The notes under the pieces are model-generated. The model did not search any database. It worked only from the letters and a program-made list of their open reading frames with translations, and had not been told where the DNA came from. A DNA stretch of 29,142 nt, taken from the NCBI GenBank assembly GCA_964446905.1, contig CAYUQQ010000003.1, positions 1 to 29,142 on the forward strand, in the 5' to 3' direction. Numbering within the stretch: position 1 is the first letter of the stretch; each line of letters begins with the position of its first letter. The position numbers and the translations under genes are program-made. The stretch is from an uncultured Candidatus Peribacteria bacterium. GTDB lineage: Bacteria; Patescibacteriota; Gracilibacteria; BD1-5; UBA2023. Below are positions 11,723 to 23,450 of the stretch, piece by piece.

Positions 11723-12793
11723 CTATTTTATCCATCTTCTAATAACAAATTTCTTTTTTCATTCAGGTAATTCTGTATCATAATTATTTAATCATATTTT
11801 GCTTAACATTAAATTTTCTAAAACAGGTTTTATTTTTCTAATTTTTACTCAAGAATTAGATCAAGAAAATTCTGTGTCATAATTAATGCGACTTTCTATT
11901 AAATTTTCTTTGTCTAAAATTATCATTACATGTCATTTCCATACTATTAAATCCAAAGGCTCTATTTTTTTTATAATATCATCAACATTAAGTCATTCTA
12001 TTTCAACTCATGTTCAAAAATAAACTAATTTACTTGTATTCCTTGGAGTATATCAATTTGTAGCAAAAAATAAAAGGCCACTACAATCAAATCAATTAAG
12101 AATAAGTTTATTTTTTAAATCATCTCATATTTTAATTTTTGGTTTATAATATTTTGCAAACTCCGGAATTCATCAAAGTATATTACCTCACCAAATATAA
12201 GAATATCAATTTAAACTAATAAGATTATTGATAATTTCTTCTTTTGTTGGCAAAATAATAGTTCTTTCAGAAGGTATTGTATTGTATGTTTTTATAAATC
12301 TTGCATCTATAAATAAATCTCAATCAAAATCATATTCGTTTGATTGAATTTTATAAATTTTATTATTTCAATCCATTATAAAATCTTTAATAATAACAGT
12401 TGTTCAGCTAAATAAAACAGATTCTATAGGATCGATTTGTCCATATTCATCCAAAATTGGTCAATATCAATTTCAATAAAAAGTATTAATAAAACTTCAT
12501 GTATTAAGAATTGGAGCATTGGAAATAGTTTTTCAATATAAAAATTCCATTTTTTCTATTTTAGGTAATATATAATTTATAATATTTTGTTTTTCTTCAT
12601 TTCAAATAAATTGAGTTTTGTATTTATTTAATTTATAAATAATTTTTGTTTTAAACAAATCTCATTTTTTATAAATAATTTTTTTAATTTTATCAACTTT
12701 ATCATTTAAAATTTTATCATTTTCTAATGATGCATATGCTGTGAAATTAATAAAAACAAAACAACAAAACAAAATAAATATTATTTTTTTCAT
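11723..12793 (-). CDS. Secreted NlpC/P60-family peptidoglycan endopeptidase, 356 aa
   Basis: Signal-peptide-like N-terminus (MKKIIFILFCCFVFINFTAYA); YSYIWGGN...GFDCSGLL (catalytic Cys); WKGHVMI (His); LIESR. Confidence 0.85.
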
Positions 12794-12813
12794 AAAAAAT
12801 ATAATTAGATTTT

Positions 12814-12847
12814 AATAAATACTTTTCTTTAAAGAAAAGTATTTATT
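12814..12847. repeat. Perfect 34-bp palindrome in a divergent intergenic region
   Basis: aataaatacttttcttt|aaagaaaagtatttatt: 17 consecutive pairs, no loop. Confidence 0.9.
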
Positions 12848-12929
12848 TTTAAACAAAAGTCAACTTATATATTTGATATTTCAATTAATAAATATATAAT
12901 TATATAAATTAATAATTAATTTTAAAATT

Positions 12930-13928
<999 letters not shown>

Positions 13929-14246
13929 AAATTATTTCGTACGAAAATTTTATAATTAATAATTAAGGAAATATAAAATAAATATTAATTACCAGCTATA
14001 AAATCAATTAATTAAGCCTTATAAGACCAATAAAAATTTTAAACTCAGGATTTTTTAATTCATTAATAAACAAAAAAGAATTATAACTCTTTTTTTACCG
14101 TACATTTTTGTATTAAAGTAAAAGCAAGATTCTTTTCATGTAATTAAATTTTTATTTTATATTTTCAAACTCAAGAAAATTTATTCTAATTTAAAGGATT
14201 TTTTGAAATAAAAAAACTTATAACTAAATCTTTTTAAATATAAAAT

Positions 14247-17200
14247 CTACTTAAATAAAATTTTTTCTTTAAAGGCGTTTAATAAACTAAATAACTTCTC
14301 TCTTTCATCATAATTAAGTAAATATTGTGGTAAATTCACTTTTTTACCATTATCTTTCGTTATTTCTAACAGTTCTCATATACAACGTAATCGAAAAGCA
14401 AAAGCAGAAAGTTCTTTTACAATTTCTCATTCTAAAGGAGTAAAAATATTGTTTTTAATCAAAAAATCTATTTTACCTCCTGATCATAATACGTGCGCAG
14501 GTAAAGATCAAGATTGTTCTTTAAGTTCTTTTTTATCTTTAAGTAAACGAAAGATTAAAAAATCTATTTTAAAATTTATTGTTCTCTGAAGAGATATTTT
14601 TAAATTTTCAAGCATTTTTCAAGTACCAAGCGAATTATATAATGTATTAAAGCTCTCAATAAATGAAACCCCCTTCATTGATTTTATCTCCAAAGGCACT
14701 TGAGCAACTGAATCGTAATATTGAGAAAATTCGTTTTCAAAATAAAGTTTAAGTGCGTCTTCTCTAAGTTTTTGTTGAACAGAATCTTTAAAAAAAGGGC
14801 AAGTACTACTCATAGATGTAGGTTCAATTTCATGAAAACCACTAAAATTATTTAAATCCAAACTGAAGCTTGATATTTTTGTCATTGGTACTATTCATTT
14901 TCATCACTTGTTAAATTTACCAAAATCTATTCATCAAGATCATTCCCAATTATCTCTAATATTTAAAATAATTTTTTCTATTATATTAGATACTTCACTT
15001 ATTTGGTCTTGTGTCATATTTCTATCATCAACAACTATAACAAAGTCATTATCTGAATCAAAACCGCTTTCCATTCTACCAATGCTTCATATAAACATAG
15101 GACAAATTTTATCTTTATACTTTTCGTAATTTGGATACTTTTTACACATTCTTCACCAAATATTTCTTAAGCTTCTTTTTTTGGTATTTATTAATGTTTT
15201 TTGGATTTTTATTATTGATTGTATATCTAATTTTTCTGAATTTTTCTTAAATTTTCGGAACAAAATCTGATTAACAATATCTAAATATTTATAATAATTC
15301 TTAGATCATTTCGATATTCATAAATCTTCCAATTGTCTAATAAATTTTTTCATTATTTTATTATCTGGATTAACTTCGACTCTTTTGCCAGGTGCGGATC
15401 TTTTTATAAAAAATGTTTCTTTTATGCTTTTTATTCTTTTATCTAAAGTAAATTCTTTTACTGATTTAAGAAGCTCTGGAAAGTTATGCGAATTTTTTTC
15501 ATACCAGTCAGTTGATTTTGTATTTAAATGATTAGTATTCAAAAATTCTACCAATTGTACCATATCAAATAATTTTTGATCTGGATTATTTTTTTCATAC
15601 TCAAAAGCTGCATCCATTACTATTTTATGTTTTGGAGATTTTACTACAATACTATTAGACTCAGGTACAGAAGGCTTTAAATAATATGAGTAAACCGCGT
15701 CGATAATATCCATAGAATATCATTTATAATACAAATCATGATAAAACACCTTCATCTGATCAAATTCTTCTGGTGAAAAAAGTATTTTTTCTGTCATTTC
15801 ATGTATTACTGGAATAAAAAATCCATTGATTGCAATTGCTTTTTTTTGACTATTTAGTAGATCATTAAAATCTATAGATCCTCTGTTATTTATAATTATC
15901 GCTGTAATTTCTGTACTAGGAATTCAAAGATGAATACATTGATGAGCTATTCACATACTAAAACTACTATTTTTATCTCCATTAAGACCATATATTACAT
16001 TGTCATTTATTAGTATTTTTCAATAAATTCGATTTACGTTATGACCATGAGGATTTCAATATGATTGTAATCTTTCTGATAAATTTTTGTTACTTAGCTT
16101 TTGTATTTTTTTAGTTGTACATACGTGTGATCAAAAATTGTTTTCTTGAAAAAATGCCATTTCACCAAGTAAAGCATCGCATAATGTACCAGTATCTAAA
16201 ATTGAAAGAGTTACGTCTGGAGGTCCTACTTGAGATACACTAGTTTCAAATGGAATAGCAAGATCCACAAAATCTTCTTTGGTTTTTGCTTGTTTTAAAT
16301 TCTCGTATAATTCACGATTATATTTATCTGCTTCTATTACTACCTCTTTCATTCTTTTTAAATTAGATTTAATTTTTAATTCCTCTTCTTTGTCTATATT
16401 ATAATCAATATTATCATCTTCAAAGAATTCTCAATTTTCTCAAAAAAAGAAACTTGACAAATCTTGCGTTATACCTTCTAGTCAGCTTGTCTTATATTTT
16501 TTTATAGGCATTTCAAGTCTACGCAAATAATATTTTTTTAATTCTTCACTACCAGACAATACAAGTATTTCTTCAAAATCTCTTCTTACCACCAATTCTG
16601 TTGCTTCATTTATATTAATATTTTTTGATTGTGTTAATTTTATTATTTCATCAACAAATAGTTTATATTTTGAATCTCTTTCAGGTAAGTATTGATCCAA
16701 AAAAAGAGATCTTCTATCAATTATAGAATAATCACAACTAGAAAATATTCTTTTAATCTTATCTAATTTATTTTTTATTTCTTTCATTATTTGATCATTA
16801 TTTTTATTAGTTTCTTCATTTTTTTGTTTAATATATTTAATTAAATTTTGTATGACAATGTATTTTAATTTTCATAATTTTTGAGGATTATTAAATAATC
16901 TTTCAAGAGAAGGATCAATTTGAATTATTGAATCGATAATTAGTTTATATGGATCACAATTATTATTATTTAGAAACTTTTTAATTTTATTAAACTCATC
17001 TTCATCAAGAAAAAATTTACAGGTTGCTATATGTCTTAAATTAAGACAATTTATCTTAAATAAAAAATTATATGAGTAATATTTTTGGCAAATATCTTCA
17101 TTTTGTAGATTATCTTCCATTTTCAATGCAATTTTATCCTTATAAGATGACCACAAAGGTAATGATTTTATATGATGTATATATTCATATTCTGGTATTT

Positions 17201-19346
17201 TATCAATATATTTTATCCAGTGTGATATTTTTTCTTCTTCTGTATAAAAATTTTCTGGTATTTCTGAGTAATGTTGTATAATTGTTAATATATCCTTTTC
17301 TATTCATATATCCCAGAAGTCTTTATTATTTTTAAATTGAGACAATAAGTTCTCAGGAAGATTTGTATATTTTTCTAACAAAAAAGTTGGACAACTATTA
17401 ATAATATTTGGTGTTAAAAATTCTAATATAATTCACTTTAAATCAGAAAATTCTAATAAGTATTTAATGTCTTGACAATTTTTTCTTTTAAAAGCCTTTT
17501 CAGTTCCTGTTTGTAAAGATGTTTTAAAATCGGAACTATTATAATCAAATTTAATATTATTTTCGTCCAGATATTCAATTATTATTCAAGCACAATTACT
17601 TTCTCCATTATTAATTTCTTCTAATAATCTTTCTTTTAAAATTTTTTTTAGATCAATCTCAAATACAATATTATTTTCCTCCATGTATTTAATTATGCTA
17701 AACAATATTTTTGTATTTGTTTTTCAACTAATAGTTAAAGCTTCTTTATATATTTTATTATAATCAACTTTTATTCAATAAGATTTTACTAATTCAAATA
17801 TTTTTCTGTTATCAATAACTGGGAATTTATTCAAGGGAAATCCATACTTACTTAATATTTTTATCATTCAATTTTCGCAAAAATCTATTATATTTGGTCA
17901 TCAAAAATTTAAACTTATACCATCTGATTCAGCAATTTTAATAATTTTTTCTACAAATCATCCTATTCCAGATTGTAGAGATTTTTCGAGCTCAAACTGA
18001 TATATTTTTTGAATATCAAAACTTATTCATTTGCTTTTAATAAAGGTTATAATTTTATTTATTTCTTTTTTCCACAAACTTAGATAATCACTTTCCTCAT
18101 TAATAATTATTTTTTCTATATCACAGGTCTTATCAATATACAGCTGAAAAGCCTCATTATAATCTATAAATATTCCATTTTCTAAATATTGCTCAATTTT
18201 TTTGGTAAATTCATTCCAATTAAAAACTTTCTTAAATTCACTTATGAAATAATTTTGTATAAAATCTTTATTAAAATCAAGATAGACTCCTACTAATTTT
18301 GCATATCAAGCCAATTTATCAATATATCTTCTTCCGTTTTGAATATTTTCTTCAAATAATTCCTGAAAAACTTCTTTTATATTTAAATCAATATTATTTT
18401 TTTTAAAACAATCAATTAAAGTTTTAATATTATCAGATTTATTATAATAATAAGTGATTTCATTTTTAAAACAATTTTTAAAACAATCTTTAAATATTTT
18501 ATATAAATCAACATCTATTTTTTGTTTTTTTATTAAATTTAACAATTTTGAGATATTCTCTAATTTATCATATTCATTATATTTTAAATAAAAATTAATA
18601 TTTCTTTCAAGTCCTGTTGTACATGAATTTTTTGCTATATTTTCTTGATAATCAACTTTATATCAATTCTTGACTAATAAGTCAAGATATTTTGTATCAG
18701 CTGATTTTTTAATTTCACACCAAATAATAGAATTGTATGATGAAATTGCTATTGGATCTGTTAAGTCAATATTAGTCTTGTTTGTTACATTATTAATAAT
18801 GTCATCAAGCTGTTTTTTATAAGTATTTATTATGTCTAATGAAAATATGTCTATTTTAGATTTTATAGAATTTTGAATAATTTCTTCAATATTTAATTCT
18901 GATAATTCTCCTTCTTTAGTTCAATTATTAGCATATTTAGAAAGAGATTGAACTACTGAAAAAATAATTTCAATTAATTGTTCAGATAATTTTGGATATT
19001 TTTCTAAAATTTTTTTAAAAATTTCATCAATAAACATATTATAGATATCTTTTAAAACCTTATCCTTAAGATTATCATCAAAATTATTAAATATTTTTAA
19101 CTCTTTAAAAGTTTTTGCTGCTAAAAACGGTTTCATAATTTCAAATAATTTATCAAACATTGTATCTAAATCATCTTTATCTGTAATAAAATCAATGACA
19201 TTTGTGTTAGAATTTTGTAAATTTTCAACTTGATTTTTTACTCATTTTATTGTTTCATTTAATTGAGATGATCAAGAATCTTCACTTATATTATTAACTT
19301 CATTCTTTTTGTTATCTATTGGATCTATATTTACTCTTTGTTTCAT
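14247..19346 (-). CDS. Giant multidomain protein, 1699 aa, with a C-terminal GlnE/GlnD/DUF294-like nucleotidyltransferase
   Basis: Single code-25 frame from ATG 19346 to TAG 14247 that joins seven same-frame track ORFs; GSIGRMESGFDSDNDFVIVVD (G-x11-DxD) at 15089-15045 followed by a helical domain (FRLRCIGELL). Confidence 0.85.
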
Positions 19347-19412
19347 AAAAATATGGTAGTGTTTAAATTTAAAATTATTTTATCATAAAGTTTTAAAAAA
19401 AACAAAGATTAT

Positions 19413-19441
19413 TTGACAAAATTATTAATATATTATACACT
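19413..19441 (+). promoter_or_regulatory. Putative sigma-70 promoter
   Basis: TTGACA-17 nt-TACACT, 32 nt upstream of ATG 19474. Confidence 0.6.
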
Positions 19442-19473
19442 TATCAGACAATTTATTTATTAACTTTTTTTAT

Positions 19474-20070
19474 ATGAAAAATTTATTTAAATCATTATTA
19501 ATGATAAGTTCTTTTATCGTTATTTGAACAGTTTCTGCTTCAGTAGAAACAAATACAGGTACTGCCACAAATGTTACAACAAATACTACCACTACTACAA
19601 GTTTAAATACTACATGAACAATTGTAACATTAAAAACTTTTACAGATAATCAAAAAGCAGCTTTAAAAACTTTTACAGATAATCAAAAAGCAGCTTTAAA
19701 AACTTTTACAGATAATCAAAAAGCAGCTTTAACAAATTTGTTAACTAAACAAAAAGAAATATTAAAAAATACATGAACAGGTAGTACAACAAAACTAAAA
19801 ATAGATCAAAAAAACGAATTAGCTAAATTTAAAATAGATCAAAAAAACGAATTGGCAAATTTTAAAATAGATCAAAAAAACGAATTAGCTAAATTTAAAA
19901 TTAATCAAAAAAACGAATTGGTTAAATTTAAAAATGCAGATGTTATGAAAAAAAGTAAAGAAAAAATACAAAAAACAATAAAACAATTGGAAGATCAATT
20001 AAAAAAAGCTCAAGAAGAATTAAAAAAAATTGAAGGATTACAAAATAGTATGACCTGATCTACAAATTAA
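19474..20070 (+). CDS. Secreted Thr-rich, 11-residue-repeat coiled-coil protein, 198 aa
   Basis: Signal-peptide-like N-terminus (..FIVIGTVSA/S), Thr-rich linker, (LKTFTDNQKAA)x3, (KIDQKNELAKF)x4, C-terminal coiled coil; TAA at 20068-20070. Confidence 0.85.
19630..19732 (+). repeat. Three perfect 33-bp in-frame tandem repeats
   Basis: ttaaaaacttttacagataatcaaaaagcagct x3. Confidence 0.95.
19798..19929 (+). repeat. Four imperfect 33-bp in-frame tandem repeats
   Basis: aaaatagatcaaaaaaacgaattagctaaattt and variants x4. Confidence 0.9.
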
Positions 20071-20125
20071 ATAAAAAAATTTTAGTTTTAATCTATATTT
20101 AATTTTTTATACTTTTAATAAAATT

Positions 20126-20154
20126 AATAAAACTCCTTACAAAGGAGTTTTATT
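20126..20154 (+). terminator. Intrinsic terminator
   Basis: aataaaactcctt-aca-aaggagttttatt, downstream of the repeat-protein gene. Confidence 0.85.
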
Positions 20155-20238
20155 TTATAATTTTAAGCAAATTAAATTTGACTTAAAAATATTTTTATTA
20201 ATATGTCAATATATATTGTTTTTTAATTATTAAAAAAT

Positions 20239-20673
20239 ATGAAAAAATTAATTTTTACAATAATATTATTATTTATAAGCAATATCACATATTGAGATTT
20301 TTTTTCTGATATTATATTTAAGGATGATCTTGAATATTCTAAATTAGATAATATTTCAATTAAACAAGTATATTTTAAAAATTATATTTATAATAAAAAA
20401 TTTACTGATTCAAAAATATTTATAGACAAACTCAAAGAAGAAGTTAAAAAAAGATATTTAAATCAAAAAATATCATATTATACTTTTTGTGATATAATTA
20501 CAGATCTTGATTATGTTGTTTATTATTTAAATAATTATTTTGATAATTTAAAAAAATTTGAAAATACAAGTAATAAAATATATTATGAAATATCGGAAGA
20601 TAATTTATCAAATATACAAATATTTTGGGAAAAATTAAGATATACATTAAATAAAAAACATTATCAAAATTAA
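20239..20673 (+). CDS. Hypothetical secreted protein, 144 aa
   Basis: Open frame in code 25; MKKLIFTIILLFISNITYG signal-peptide-like start; Tyr/Lys-rich helical body. Confidence 0.7.
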
Positions 20674-20742
20674 ATTTGTTTAATTCTCTAGGTATTTTTA
20701 TGATTAATTTTTAATTATTTATTCTATATTTTTTTAATTTTT

Positions 20743-22104
20743 TTAATTTTTAAAAATATTTTCTTTTCATTTATATTCTATAATTATTGGGGTTCACCAA
20801 AATCAAAAATTTTCTCTTATTTTATTTTCTAAATATCTTTTATAAGAAAAATGAAAATGAGAAGGATTATTTACGCTAATTAAAAATTTTGGAGGATTTA
20901 TATCAACTTGAGAACCATAATAAATTTTTGGATTATGTGATTTTTTATTTCATGTAGGAGCATGGTTGTATATTGCTTTTTCCAAAAAATTATTAAATAA
21001 CGATGTTTGAATTCTTTTTAATCTTTCTTCTTTAATTTTAGAAGAAGTATATAAAATATCTTCTAATCTTTTTCATGTAGTAGCACATGTAAATAATGGT
21101 GTAACATAGGGTAAAAATTCAAATTTGGTCCTTAAATAATCCATATATTCATTCATAATATTTTTTGTATCAATTCATGGCTTTGATAAAACTTTGTCCC
21201 ATTTATTTATTACAATAATAATTCATTTATTATTTTGAAGAGCTTTTGATGTAATGTGTTGATCCAATGCAGCCACTCACTCGAATCAATCAATTACAAC
21301 AACTACAATATCTGCCCTTTCTATAGCTCTTTCACTTCTTATAACGCTCCAATGTTCTATATTTTGAGATCATATTTTTCATGGTCTACGAATTCAAGCC
21401 GTATCAATAATTATAAATTTTTGATTATTCCATTCAAATACAGAATCTACAGAATCTCTAGTAGTTCAAGGAACATCTTTTACCATTACTCTATTTTCTC
21501 ATAAAATTGAATTTACTATACTAGATTTTCATGCATTTGGTTTTCAAATAATTGCTATTTTAATGGCTCAAACATCTTCTTTTGTTTCTTTTGCTGTTAA
21601 TTTAAGTTTTTTTAATGTTTTTACAATTTTTAATTTTAATTCTTTAATTCATTTATTATGAGCAGAACTAGTAAAAAATATTTCTTTAAATCATAAAGAA
21701 TAAAGAGAATATCAATCTGTTAATCTATTATCATTATCTATTTTGTTTCAAACTAAAATAATTTCTTTTTTTGATTTTCTCAAAATTTTTAAAATTTGTT
21801 CATCTATTTTTGTAAATTTATCAAATTCCAAAACAAATATAATAATGTCTGATTTGTTTATAGAATCTTCAACCCTTTTTTTTGTATCTTTTAAAATTTC
21901 ATCTTCTTTATCAAAATTTATTCATCAAGAATCCACAATGATATAACTAATATTGTTTTCTTTATCATTAACTTGAAATTCCAAAATATCACGAGTAGTA
22001 TTTTCTTTATCAGAAATAATTGCTATTTTATGTCATGTTATAAGATTAAAAATGCTTGATTTTCAAACATTTGGACGTCATACTATTGTAATTTTTCAAA
22101 TCAT
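20743..22104 (-). CDS. der: Ribosome biogenesis GTPase Der (EngA), 453 aa
   Basis: IVGRPNVGKSSIF, TTRD and DSGG in the first G domain; IGRPNVGKSS, GTTRDS and DTAG in the second; C-terminal GFWGTPIII. Confidence 0.97.
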
Positions 22105-22253
22105 AAAATCTATATTATTTAACTAAAATTATGTTTAATATACACATAAACAAAATTAATTTTCCTAAATTTAAAGTCCTTTAAAATAAATTAGTTCACG
22201 CTATTCATGAGCATTGATCAATTTTCCGTTGGTATCATTATTTTTATAAAATA

Positions 22254-22328
22254 TGGTGATCCCGACAGGAATCGAACCTGTGCCTAAACCTTAGGAGTGT
22301 TTTGTTCTATCCATTAAACTACGGGATC
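22254..22328 (-). tRNA. tRNA-Arg (anticodon CCT)
   Basis: GATCCCG acceptor stem, D arm, anticodon loop CTCCTAA, GGTTCGATTCC T arm, encoded CCA end. Confidence 0.93.
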
Positions 22329-22687
22329 AAATAAAATATAATTTATTTCGTAATACAATATGAAAAAAACTTTTATAATCAAATTTATATTTTTAAAAAA
22401 TATTTAAAATTTAAATTTTTTATTATAGAAAAAAAATATATACTCAAGTAAGTTTGGTTTTTTAAATTTATGGAATTAACAAAGCTTGGATTTGAAATTT
22501 TTATTGACTTTATAGAGCTTAATTAACTGTTTTTATAATAAACATCTGACATTTATATATAAATAAAATAGTTTTTATAAATTTGAATTTAAAATCTTTA
22601 AAAATATATTAACTCAGATTATATATAAGTATCAATCAATTTTTTGGATATAAATTTACTTTTTAATTGTTAAATATTTTATAATTT

Positions 22688-23425
22688 ATGGATTTTTTAA
22701 AATATCATGAAATATTTAAAAAAAATTTAAATATTAAAGAAAAACCTAATGAATATGAATTAAGTCTTTTTTTAAAAACTCAAAAATATATGAGTTTTAT
22801 TTCTTGGATTCCTGGTTTAAATTTTATTTGAGTTTGTGATAGCTTATCAATGTATGCAACAAAAGAAAAATGATCAGATATTGATTTGTTTATTATAACA
22901 GAAAAAAATAAACTTTGGTTTGTGCGAATTTTGGTTACTTTTATTTTTCAAATTCTTTGAGTTCGTAGATATAAAAACAATATAAAACATAGATTTTGTT
23001 TGTCGTTTTTTATTACAGAAAATGCAATGGATTTCTCAAAAATTGCAATAGAAAATGATATATATTTATATTACTGGATTTATTATCTAAAACCAATTTT
23101 AAACAAAAATAATACTTACGAGCAATTTATAAATACCAACAAAACATTATGAATAATAGCTCATATTTTACCCGAAGATAATTTAAAATATTTAAAAATA
23201 CAAAAATTTAAAAATGAGGAACAACAGCAAAAGAAAAAATTCGTTTTATCTATTTTTGATTTTTTAAATTCTTTTTTTAAAAAAATTTTTATTAGTCGTA
23301 CATTAAACAAAAAAGAAAATTTATCCAACTCTTCTGGAATTATAATTTCTGAAGATATGTTGAAGTTTCATGATAATGATAAAAGATGGCAGATTAGAGA
23401 TAGAATTTTAAAAAGTGTTTTATAA
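22688..23425 (+). CDS. Pol-beta-superfamily (minimal-type) nucleotidyltransferase-like protein, 245 aa
   Basis: WIPGLNFIGVCDSLSM...KGSDIDLFII..KLWFVR; RFCLSFFITE; C-terminal LKFHDND. Confidence 0.65.
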
Positions 23426-23450
23426 ATTGAATTCTTTTATTTTAAATTAT

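Noticed and set aside
15720-15760. FYHDL as an HD phosphohydrolase motif (RelA/SpoT-like HD plus synthetase architecture)
   Set aside because: A single HD dipeptide without the flanking His/Asp pattern, and the NTase resembles GlnE/DUF294 rather than RelA; insufficient evidence.
19630-19929. 33-bp repeats as a possible CRISPR array
   Set aside because: Repeats are directly adjacent with no spacers, are in frame inside a CDS, and no cas genes are present.
22140-22690. tRNA-Arg as an integration site for a mobile element
   Set aside because: No integrase and no duplicated tRNA 3' end in the window; der directly follows the tRNA.
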